A DNA stretch of 61,848 bases, filler included. It is 10 parts of 10 records of this genome, joined end to end, with 100 filler letters (N's around TTAATTAATTAA, not from the genome) between each part and the next. Parts side by side here need not be neighbours in the genome. Positions count along the whole stretch, not along the records: positions 22,880 to 30,205 come from SRR7504441_3521; positions 30,306 to 33,514 come from SRR7504441_3526; positions 33,615 to 40,158 come from SRR7504441_3530; 7 more parts are not named here. One strand, written 5' to 3'. Positions 23,399-34,345 of this stretch are shown piece by piece. The notes below the pieces were generated by a model that searched no databases, had not been told where the DNA came from, and worked only from the letters and a program-made list of their open reading frames with translations. Every line of letters begins with the position of its first letter. Position 1 is the first letter of the stretch. The translations under genes and the position numbers were made by a program.

Positions 23399-26300
23399 AT
23401 GGCGATTTTTGGTTTCAGGCCGCCCTTGAGGCTGGCCTACTTGCTGGGAGCGCTGGCGGTGCTGCTCCTGGCCGACTCCGAGGCCACGCTAGGTGCGCCC
23501 GGCCGCCGCTCGGGCCAGCTGAGCCTTGGGCGCAGAGGCCGAAGAGCAGCCGGACGCCAAGACGGGGCCGGTGCCGAGGGATCGGCTGGATCCGCCTTTG
23601 CTCCGGGCGGCCGAGATGTCGACTCGGATGGTGGCGGCTCACCTCAAGTCGGTGGAGCGCTCCGCGGCTGGATCGGTGCACCGTCGGGGCTGGGCCGCGG
23701 AGCGGGCCGACCGGGCGGCGGGGCTCCTCGAGAGGGGAATGGAGGGCAAGCAGGCGGCCGAGCGAGCGCTGGAGGCGGCCCAAGCCGAGGTGCCCGCCGG
23801 CCGGGGGCGGGGGCTCGAGCCGGGGCCGGTAGGTGGCGCGGACGCGGGCTGAGGAGATGGAGGCCCGCACAAGGGCGGAGAGGGCGTCGACACGGCTGGA
23901 GGAGGTGCGGGCGGGCCGCCTTGGTCGGCGCGGACACGGCGGGTGCAGGTGGTGAGGTCCGAGGCTTCCGAGAGCAAGCAAGCGCTGCTCAAGGCGAAGG
24001 CGGCGGTGCAGAGGGCGGAGGGGAAAGTCAGGACCAAATCGGTTGCCACAGCCAGCTCCAAGGCGGCGGCGGGCGAGGCGCAACAGGCTGTGCACCGGAT
24101 CGCCACGGCGCTGAAGCAGATCGCGCAAGCGCGGGAGCAGGCCGAGGCTGTGCACGAGCGCACGTTGAGGGCGAGCGAGGCAGGCGACTCTTTGTTCGAG
24201 CAACTGACAGAGACTGCCGCGCAGTCCGAGCTTGCCGGCCACGAGGCGACCAAGACACGCGACGCAGTCGACAGGCTCGGACTGGCTATCCGACGGGTGG
24301 GGGCGGTGGCGGTTGTCAAGGCCTCCGAAGCGAGTGCAAAGGAAGCGCTGGCAGCTGATCACCTGAATCGCACCCAGAGCAAGAAGGCAGCCATCGAGCA
24401 GCGGCTCGACCGGATCGGCTCGCGCGATCATCAGCGCGCCGAGAGCGATCGACGGGCGGCCGAGGCGGTCCATGCGGGCTCGGCGGAGGCATCGAAGCTC
24501 GTGGAGCGTCTTGAGGAGCAGCTGAGCTCCTTTAGAGAAGAGGCAGCTGCCAAGAACGGCACACTGGAGGAGATGCGGCAACAGGAGCAGGCCAGGCGGG
24601 CCGAGCTCGAGCAGACCCGAGCACTCGCCCGGAGCGCCGCTGGGCGGGTGCAGGCCGAGACGGTGCAGATGCGAGCCGTGGCTCAGACGGTCGCTGAGCA
24701 GATCGCAACCAGCAAGGCGGCCGAGGAAGAGAGCCGGGCCAGCCGGGCTAACCTGAAGACCGCCAAGCAAGCGGCGGCCCGACTCGAGGCTGCGTACTCG
24801 CGCGCGGCTGATCAAGCGCGCTTTGTTGCCCAGACGACGGGTCGAGAGCTCCACGACGCAGAACAGGAGCAGCAGGAAGACAGCAAACGGGTGGAGGCGG
24901 CCGCGCAGCGGGTGGAGCAGAAGAAGAGCCATCTGGAATACCTCCGGGAAGGGTCAGTCCCAGCAGCCAAGGCCAAACTCGACGCTGCCAAACACGACCT
25001 GGTGAGATTGGAGGCAGGCCAACGCGAGCTGGGCGATGAGCACGCGGCCCAGAGCAAGCTTAAGGAGCAGACGGCCGCCGGGCTGGCTGAGCTGCAGGCG
25101 ATGCAGAAGGCTGGCCAGCGCAGCAGCGAGAAAATGCGTGCTGCGCTGGCCCGTGCAACCTCATGGGTGCACCAGAGCCAGAGCGCAGCGCAGGCCGTGC
25201 TTGCCAGCACCACCAAAGCGGCTCAGCGGCTGTCGGCGGCTAGCGAGGCCAGCAGCGCCGAGGAGCAGCAGCTCGGTGCTGCCAGGCAGCGTGCGGCCAA
25301 GCTGCAAGAAATGGCCCGGGTGGGTACTGGAAATCTGGAGAGGTTGGAGCTGCACAAAGAGGAGAGGGACGATCAGTATCAGCTGGCCGAGCGGCAGCTG
25401 CGGGCCGTGAGCCAGGAGCAGCTGGAGGCTGCTCAGAAGCAGGAAAAGGACCGAGCGACGGTCAATGCACTCGCTGACCAGGAAGCGCAGGCAGCGCGAG
25501 AGGCTGCGGGACTCAAGGGCGAGATGAAGGACCTCAACCAGCAGGCCGAAGGCCAGCAAGCTGCGCAGGACCGGCTCCGAACACAGCTGCAGGCTGAAGA
25601 CAAGGAGCTGTCCACAACCTCTCTACAAGTGGAACAGGCTCAGGCAGCCGAGGCCCGGCACATAAAAGATGCCAAAAAGCAAGCTGACCAGCTGGTGGCG
25701 GCGAATAGAGCGGTGGACCGGACTGAGGATGAGCACAGCCAGGCCAGAAGGGAGTGGCATCACCAGAATGTACGACGCCAAAGGCTACTCGACCAAGAAC
25801 GGACAGAGGCTGAAAGAGTGGAGCATGCGGCCGAGAAGTACAGCTCAGCTAGCCAGGCTGCCGAGGCCGCTGGCTCTGAGCAGAAGGAGGCTGATCAGAA
25901 GCTTGCTAAGAAGGCAAAAGCCAGGGCCGAGATCGAGGCAAACTACAAGCAGGCAGCAGATAAGGCAGTCGAGGCCCAGGCAGCAGCAAGGAGCGCTAAG
26001 CTCGGGCTGGAACAGGCCGAGGAGGACAAGGCGGCGGCGGATCTGAATCAGCAGCTGGAGCAAGTCAAGCTTGGGTCCGTGCAGAAGCATCTGAGCTACG
26101 CAGTCAAGACCGAACAAGCTGAGCAACACATGCAATCTACTGTTCAGCAAGCTGTGGCTAGCCTGGCAGGCAAAGCTAGGGTAGCAAGTGCAGCGGCTGA
26201 GCAGCAAGCCGATAAGCTGGCCAGCGCCCAGGCTGAGAACCGTGCGCTGCGTGTGCAAGTGATCGATGCAAGAGTCGGTGAGCTTGATAAGAAGCTGTCA

Positions 26301-29300
26301 GACGCCAAAAGCAAACGCATGGAAGAAACCCAGGCCGCTAAGGGCCAAGCAAAGGCGAGGGAATTCAAAGAGAGAAATGCCCACAGTAAGATGGCAACCG
26401 ATGAATCACGGGATTTCACAGTTGCTGAGGCCAAGGCTGCCGATCTGAAACAGCGCGTTGCAAGAGCGAAGAAGCGAGCAGCTGAAGCTAGTATGACTGC
26501 CCAGGCAAACGCGCAGTCCTCCGACTCGAGCTCGACTTCCATGCTAAACCAGGCCAGGGATCGAGTGAAGAAAATCCACAGAGACTCCGCTGCAAAAGTG
26601 AAGCAAATGTCAGAGGAGTTTGAGCAGGACACAACCCGGAAGCACGATGCTCAATTGGCTGGAGCTAAAAGTTTTGCGAAAAAGTTTGTTGCCAATGCAG
26701 TTGAAGACGCCAAAGAGATAAGCAAGCTAGCAGATGACCGCGAAACTGTCGAAAAGGCGGTGGTTGCAGGCAAAAAGGCTACAAAATTGCAGAAAGCTGG
26801 GCTTGAGCGGCAATTCCTGAGGCAACAGAAGGCAAAGGCGACCTTGGAAGCCCTTCTTCGTAAGCAGAAGGCTGAAGAAGAGGGGCAAAAGAAAGAGCGC
26901 AAGGCTCAAGACGAGGCATCTGATATAATTTCTGAGGCTCAGAAGGATGCAGAGTCCGTGCAAGCAAATGCCCAGGAACAAGCTGCGAGAATCCGTGAGT
27001 ATGGTGCACACAAGTATGAGTCGTTGAAGCGAACTGAAAAGCCTCTCAAGGGGAGGCCAAGCCAACTCGACGATGTTGTGGCCAGTGCACGAGATAGCGC
27101 AGCTAAGATGCTAGCAAAGGAGAAGAAAGATGCCGATGTGCTCGTTGATAATGCCAGAAGCCAAGCTCAACAAGCCACCAGCAAGGCTGCAGAAGCCTCA
27201 AGGGAGATGATTGCACATGCCGAGAGTCGAGTTGCCAAGAAGACAGAGGCTGCCAAGAAAATTGCAGCACAGAAAGTGCAGGAGGCTAAGGCTGCAAGTG
27301 ACTGTGACGACAATACTGACGGCATGCCTATGCTCGGTGAGTCGCAGCCCAAAGCATCGGATCTTGAGCAAGACCTGGAGAAATCTGATGAAACTCTGGA
27401 TCGACTTCAGCACCAAAGCCGCGACCGTCAAGTCACAGCTGCAGTGTCACGCTCCAAGGCACGTGAAGTTCAAGATGCTCACAAAGCTGCCAAAGCCAAT
27501 CTCGACGCAACCCAACAGGAGGTAAGCAAGCTTCAGAGCCAGCTGCAAGTCCAGCAGCACACACTTGAGACGGCAACCAAGGCACGATACATGGCAGATG
27601 ACGATGTTGCCAAGAAGGATGCAGAGCAGCTTCTTTCAGAGAAGCAGCTTGCTAAGGCACAAAACAAAATGTCAGCAGCAAAGTCCCAGTTGGCTGATTC
27701 CAATGATGCACATTCAGAGCTGGAGTCAAGAGCAGTTGCAGCAGCACTGAAGCGTACTGACTTGAAGGCTGCGGAAGACCAGGCACAAGAGGCTTTGCAA
27801 ACAGCGAAGCAGCAAGCTGGAAAACTGAAGGCCTCAGTACACAAGGCGTCAGACGCCACTGATAAAGCCGAGGAGGCTTTCACAGGCAAGGAAAGTTCAT
27901 GGCACCAGGCCAAGAGTGTAATGCAGGCAGCTCAGGAAGTGCAAGCTCGAACTGTTACCCAGCAGCAACAGAATACTGCCCAGCTGACTAACAGCATCAA
28001 GGCACAGCAGCGTGTGCAAGCGCAGGTGTCTCGACTCAAAGCGGAGCTTGCAGCAACTGGTGGGAAGACTAGTCAGGTATCAAAGCAGCAGGCTGAGATC
28101 ACAGGTCTGATGACTACCGCAGAAGATGAGATCAGCCGTGTAGAAGACGAGCATACGGAGGCACAAAAAGCTCTGAAGCAGCAGACAATCATTGCCAAAG
28201 CGGTAAATGCACGAGCTCAAGCGGCCAAGGCTAAGAGAGAGGCAAGCAGAAAGAAGCTGTCTGAAATCCAAGCAGCGGTGAGCAAGGAGCAAGATAGGTT
28301 GCAAGAATTGGCAAAGGAGCGCAAAGTCTCTGAGCAGCAGCTAGAGGAACAAGTCAAGAGGGAAAATGCAGGGAGGCTGGAACTACAGCAGGCAAAAGGA
28401 GCGCATGATGTTGCACTGGAACAGAAAGGCGAGCAATCAGCTGCTGTTGCGAAGGCCAGATCTGCTGTGTCACGACTTGAGCGTGCGAGTGATAAAGTCA
28501 AAGCACAAATGGTGGATGTAGCGCAGCGTTTGAGCAACAAGCGGAGCGCTATGCAAGCCGCTGAGCAAAATCTGGATGAATTGGGTGTACAGATGGCACA
28601 GGCAGCGAAGGTAGTCGAGGCTGCAAAGATCAGCTTGAAGCGTCAGGCGAGTGACCTGCGCAATGCGAAGCAAAAGCTAGTCATGGCACGCTGGGATCTG
28701 GCAAGCAGCCAGGAGGATTACAAGGGTGCGCAGGAGGAGGCCGCACAGTCTCTGTCCGACATGAACAATGCCCAGAAGGCAAAGGACCAGGCCGATGCCG
28801 CGGTGGATTCGACAAAAGTTTACTTCGAAGTGCTCCGGTCTGGCATGGATGTGCATTCTCCAGAAGGTGTGATGGAGCGTGACAAGATGGACATCATTGT
28901 CGAATCTCAAGCCAAGAAAGCAGCACACTACGAAAATTTCCTCGAAAAGGCTAAGGTCGTAAACGGAACAGCCGCAGCCCATTGGCAGCAGGCTGTCCTG
29001 CAAGTCTCGGAAGCTAAAGCAGCCGCCAGGAAGGCAAAGCAAGCCCTCGACCCAGCTCGTGAAGCAGCATTTAAATCTCAGATAGAGACTAGTCGCGCGG
29101 AAATCCAAGCTGCTCACGCAACCCAAGCCGTGAATGCTGCGAAACTAGAGTTGGTGCAAGCAAGGAAGAAGAGCGCTGCCACTCAAAGTGGAGAATATGC
29201 TGAAGCAGCTCGTGCCAAGGTGGAGGAAGAGATGAAATCAGAGGAGGCATCCCTGAAGCAGGCACTGTCGAAGTTAGTGCAACAGGAAAAGAAAGCACAA

Positions 29301-30035
29301 GAGGCGCACCATGCAGCAGCAATGAAGTCAGCTACACTCGAGCAATTGCAGAAGAAAGTGCGCGAGATAGTTGTATCGGCAAAATCTGCAACTGATCAGG
29401 TCTACGAGAACTATCGGGAGGTCACCAGCCTCGGGGCGGAGGTCCAGAAGCACAAGCAGAATGCACAGCAGACAAGGCTGAAGACACAGGAAGCCGTTGA
29501 AATCGGAAACTCAGCTCTGAAAGCATTGGAAGGTGCCCGAAGACAGGCGAGGCAAGACTACGACAACTCAGTGTCACAGCTTGGCCTTGCTCAAAATCTA
29601 GTAGCAGACACCGAGGCAACTCGAGCTAAAGCTAGCCAGGAGCTTGAGAAAAGCTCTGCAGATCTGGCCGAGAAAAGCAGTCTGTCACAAGGCGGGGAGA
29701 AGGTGCAGGTTCAGGCGAAAGCAGAAAGCTCAGCGGCAGCAAAGAAGCTAAAACAGTCCGAAATAGAATCAAGGAAGGCTGTGCGCAAGTTGGAGGCAGC
29801 AGAGACGAAACTTAGTTTGAAGACCAACCAAGTGACAGAACTCGAGAACATTGTTAGCCGAAGCAAAATGGATCTGGAAGATGCTGAGGAGCATGTTGTG
29901 ACAAAGTCAAAATTGGCCGACCATGCTCGGAATCTTGAGCACAAGGTGAAGACATGGTACGATGCATTCGAAACTAGCAATCCCAAAAGCGGATCAAACC
30001 GGCGCAACGAAGTGCAAGTCCACACCTTAAACTAA
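23399..30035 (+). CDS. Giant (about 2,170 aa) signal-peptide-bearing A/Q/E/K-rich coiled-coil protein
   Basis: Signal peptide MAIFGFRPPLRLAYLLGALAVLLLADSEA. Three ~43-nt GT-AG introns in the first 550 nt join the short exons to the 2030-codon ORF 23943..30035. No TM segment seen. Confidence 0.8.
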
Positions 30036-30205
30036 AGTCTTACAATACTAATAAAAGTGCAAAATATGATTGTTTTACATGTAGTTCACTAGAGAGCGGC
30101 TTCATTAGGCTTCATGAATAAATGCCCGGTGACTAACTAACGCGCAATTGTAAGCCAGAAATGTCGGAGATGTCGTAAGAATTTATGACAAATTATGAAT
30201 ATAAT

Positions 30206-30305
30206 NNNNNNNNNNNNNNNNNNNNNNNNNNNNNNNNNNNNNNNNNNNNTTAATTAATTAANNNNNNNNNNNNNNNNNNNNNNNNNNNNNNNNNNNNNNN
30301 NNNNN
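30206..30305. other. Artificial contig linker
   Basis: N44-TTAATTAATTAA-N44. Confidence 0.98.
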
Positions 30306-30310
30306 AGGGC

Positions 30311-31238
30311 TCAAAGCTCGATCTTATCCGGCGTGTGCGTTACGGTCTTGTAGCCGGGCGCGCTTGCTCCCGCCCGTTGGGTGGCGCTCTCCTTGATTTG
30401 CTTCATCCCTTGCTCAGTGTCGAATCGGGAGAGGAAGGCCGCCATCTCTTGCCACCCTAGGTCCTTCACCGCCACCGGCGCAAAGATGCTCTCGTTCGGA
30501 TCGAGCAGCACGATCATGGGGAGCCCCACCTTCCGGGCTTGTTCCATATTTAGCTCCTTCAGCTGGCTGCCCAACAGCCACATGAAGTGAAACTGTCGCT
30601 CGAGTGACGAAAAGCCTTTCACTAGCTCCCCAAACCGCTGCAGATCGACCGCGTGGTTCGGGCTCTCAACGACGTACAGAACGCACCGGCCGTTCTTGGG
30701 GTCGACGCACATTCGGCTGAAGTCTCGCACGGTGCCCACTCTGTATGCTGCCTGGTCGTAGGTTTCGGGGGGCGCGGTGACCATCGGAGCCTGAACCAGC
30801 TGGCCGAACTCGAGCAAGTTTGGATAGTTGAACTCGCCCTGCATCAGCTTCATCTGCATCGTCTTGCCGGCCTCCAATTTCTGGTCGACCGCCGCCACCA
30901 CTGGAAGTACGTAGCTGGAATTGATATTAAACATGTTGAATATGTTCGCGTTCTCGCTGGTCTTGGTGACTGCGATTGGCAGAAGCCGGGGCATCAGCTC
31001 CTGGCGGGCAGGATGGGGCCGGCCAGAGGGCGGCTGTTACCTCTGTGAGCTTGCGGGTCCACTCGAGCGCCTGTTGGACTGGCGCGCCGCCGTCGGCCTC
31101 CGACTCGAGGAACAGGATCATCCGGGGCATCTTCATCTCGTCGCTAAACGCCTCGGCCATCGTCATCGTCCCGCTGGCACACACCCGCCCCACCAGACTG
31201 CACGCCACCAGCACCAACAGCCCAGGACCCCGCTGCAT
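30311..31238 (-). CDS. ER-lumen thioredoxin-fold (PDI b-type, no CXXC) protein
   Basis: Signal peptide MQRGPGLLVLVACSLVGRVCA; intron 31001-31040; CVLYVV..QFHFMWL..GLPMIVLLDP pattern; KDEL-like C-terminus DKIEL. Confidence 0.6.
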
Positions 31239-31287
31239 TTCGATCGTCAAGTCTGGCAGTGTTGCCGTTAAAATCCGACCGGTGCGG

Positions 31288-33184
31288 CTGGCCGATCGGC
31301 GACGGAGGACCACGGAAGCTCACGGGGCTCGTCGGCCGCGTTCGGCTCGCCGCGCGGCAGCCGCGGCTGCGGAGGCAGTGAGCGTAGTGACACGAGCAGC
31401 GCTGGACGAGGCGGGACCGGTGGTGGTGATAACAGGCGCGGGGATCAGCACAGGTGAGCCGCCGCCAGGAAGGTCTGAGCCTGTGGGCAGCTAGCGGGCT
31501 CCCGGTTTACCGGCACGCCCCCGACGCGATCTGGGAGACCTCGCTGGTGGAGTGGGGTACCCGGGAAGCGTTCCTGCGAGACCCGGCCGCCTGGTGGCAG
31601 GGCTATCTAGACCGGGCGTACGAGTCTTTCCGGACCGGCCGGAGCGCAAACCGTGCGCACGACGGACTGGCCCGGCTGGCGGCGGCGGTGCCTGGCGTCA
31701 AGCTGGTGACCCAGAACGTGGACGGGCTGCACGATGGATGCCCGGCCGAGCAGCTGGTGGAGGTCCATGGCCGGCTGGATCTGCTCAAGTGTGTGGCGGA
31801 GGGCTGCCAGTACGCCCGGCACCGATCGATCCCGCTGCGGGGAGGCCGGGTGGACCAAAGCTACGTGCAGGACCCGCCGCGCTGCCCGGGCTGTGGCGCA
31901 CGCGTGATGACCCAGTTCCTTTGCTTCGACGAGCAGTATGAGAGCCATGAGCGGTACCAGTGGCCCAAAGTGCTCGACTGGTTAGACACTGCCTCCGTGT
32001 TCGTTTTCGTCGGAACCTCGTTCGCGGTTGGAATCACCGAGGAGGCGTTGCATCAGGCGGAGCGCCGGCTGGTTCCGTGCTTTCAATTTAATATCAACGT
32101 CCCTGCGAAGCTCCGGAACAGGCCAAGCCTGAGCATGCAGCACGTTATTGGAGAGAGCGACCAAACCGTGGCTGAGTTTGCCTCCCAAGTCCTTGCGGGC
32201 GTTGCTCAAGCCTCGGAGCCGGTCCACAAGCGCAGGCGCACCGGCGAGAGCCAAGCAGCAGAGGCCGCGACGGATCGACCGTTGCCAACGCGATTTGGCT
32301 CGCTGTCGCTGGTCGAATGGGCAGGGCCTCGGAATAGTGAGCTGAGAGAGCTGTTGATTGGACTTGTCCGCAAGTGCGCGCAGCACGATTGGACGTATCC
32401 GCTGGCTGTGATTGAAGACTGTGTGCCAGGCTCAGTGTATACAAACCAGGACTGTACGCTGGTTGTGACAACATCACAGTGTGGCTTCTACTGTGTGATC
32501 GGCGAGGTAGCCACCGCTCAAGGCTGCGCCGACGTAGCCGAGTTGCTTGGAGCAGACACCGGCTGGGAGTTCTTATACTCGTATCCGGCTGCCACCTGGG
32601 ACGCAGCACTGGCCGCAGCTCTCGCTTGCTTTCGGTTCGAACGGAGCTGCTTCAACCCGCCTGCGTGCGCCCCTTTGCTCGCGACGATGCGGCCGTTGCC
32701 GACTGGGATGACTGTGGAGCGGGTGACCACAGCGCTGCTAAAGAAGTACCAGGCAGTGTACCCATGGCACCGCTCCACCTGGCCAGACCCGGCCAGGTTT
32801 GGTGCGAAGGGCGGAGTGGGCTATCTCGTGCTCAACAAGAAGCAGAGGGTGGCTGCCGGGTGCATTGGGGTGTTCATAGGGGCTGGCACGCATGAGCTTG
32901 ACATCTTCACCGCTCCGCGCAGTCGAGGAAAGGGACTCGCTCAGATCGCAGCCTGCCATACAATGTGCGAACTAATGCATAGTTCCAGCCAGCAAGCGAA
33001 TATCAGCGAGGTCGAGCCCCACCATGCAAAGATGCCAATCGTGAGCTGGGCTTGTGACTCAGAGAATGCCGCTAGTAGACGAATCGCGGAGAAACTTGGG
33101 TTTACATATGTGTGTAATGTGGCGTGCTTTAGGCATTCCAGTATGAACGATCCCAAGTACGATTATGCACAAAAACAGGTCTAG
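31288..33184 (+). CDS. Sirtuin (SIR2) deacylase fused to a C-terminal GNAT acetyltransferase; start codon unresolved
   Basis: VITGAGIST|ASGLPVYR across intron 31454-31490, then TQNVDGLH, VEVHG, CVAEGC..CPGC and VGTS. The same ORF continues into LDIFTAPRSRGKGLA and WACDSENAASRRIAEKLGF. Confidence 0.85.
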
Positions 33185-33514
33185 AATACGGTACAAGCTA
33201 AGCTCTACGAGTAGCTAAGCTCTAGATAACTGATTGCTGCTCGTAACTAGATTGCTACTCGTAAACTAATTTACTTGGAGTACAAATACAGCTACAGTAG
33301 CTGTATACGCACGTACAGTACGTCGAGTACCTCTACGGTACCTACCTCAGTGCCGAATGGCCGATCGAATCATGCACAATTAATATTTGTAAAAAAAAAA
33401 CATTTGTAAGATGTTTACTAAGGATTTGTAGGGCAATCGTTAGCTTTGTGATGGAGCAGGCGGCGGGGCTGGCCGAGTTGTGCAACTCGGTGGGCTCGCG
33501 AGCCCGGAAGGCCC

Positions 33515-33614
33515 NNNNNNNNNNNNNNNNNNNNNNNNNNNNNNNNNNNNNNNNNNNNTTAATTAATTAANNNNNNNNNNNNNNNNNNNNNNNNNNNNNN
33601 NNNNNNNNNNNNNN
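33515..33614. other. Artificial contig linker
   Basis: N44-TTAATTAATTAA-N44. Confidence 0.98.
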
Positions 33615-33758
33615 TGTTAGGCTTAGTAAAGAAGGTCACTACTATGACATTGATCAAAGGGCAATCATGATCAATATGAGCGATGCATTACTCAACGTAT
33701 GAGTAACACAATGATCATATCAATCCCGATTAATCTCCGATTCTCGATTCTGATGGCA

Positions 33759-34064
33759 CTAAGAAGCGCCTCCAGCCAACTCTGCAAGTCTAGGATAAGC
33801 GAGCTGAAATGCATCACCAAAGTTTGAGGCTCCATCTTTCTTTGAATTCAGGGTTGTGACCCATGGGCACTGCTCTTTGAAAAGACTTAGGGCCACCGGC
33901 AGTGCCAAGATTGAATGCTCGGTGTCCTGTTTTGAGTCGTTACAGAAAAGTCTGATACAGATGCTGAGCAACGAGCCTGCTCCTCCACATTCACTTTTGT
34001 CATAGTCTGACGGAGCAGGTGTAATAAAGCTGTGCCCACTCGCTGAAAACCCCCAAGCACTCAA
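33759..34064 (-). mobile_element. Possible degenerate DDE-transposase-like fragment
   Basis: Lower-GC ORF with no ATG start. DSKQD..ALSLFKEQCPWV..DGASNF resembles the QD..P..SDxAxxF core of eukaryotic cut-and-paste transposases. No TIRs found. Confidence 0.3.
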
Positions 34065-34345
34065 GTCCGCGTGCGAGCTTTTGCGCTGGAAGTTTCGAAC
34101 ATCCAGCTCGAACGCAGCTGCGCGTTCTATTTTCAGACCCAGACAGTGATTTTCCTCATGATTTTAGTTTTTGCCCGCTTCTTTCCCGAGTTAAAACTAA
34201 AAAGTTACGCTAGAGAACGGCCCTGTATGGGAAAACCAGGCTCAGAGGCTGAAAAGACCGTTGTCTCTGCAACGTCCTCTGAGTGCTCTGCAGCTGCGTC
34301 GGCGACTTTGAGGGGCACGTGCGGCGCCTCTGGGCTGCTGCGTAA

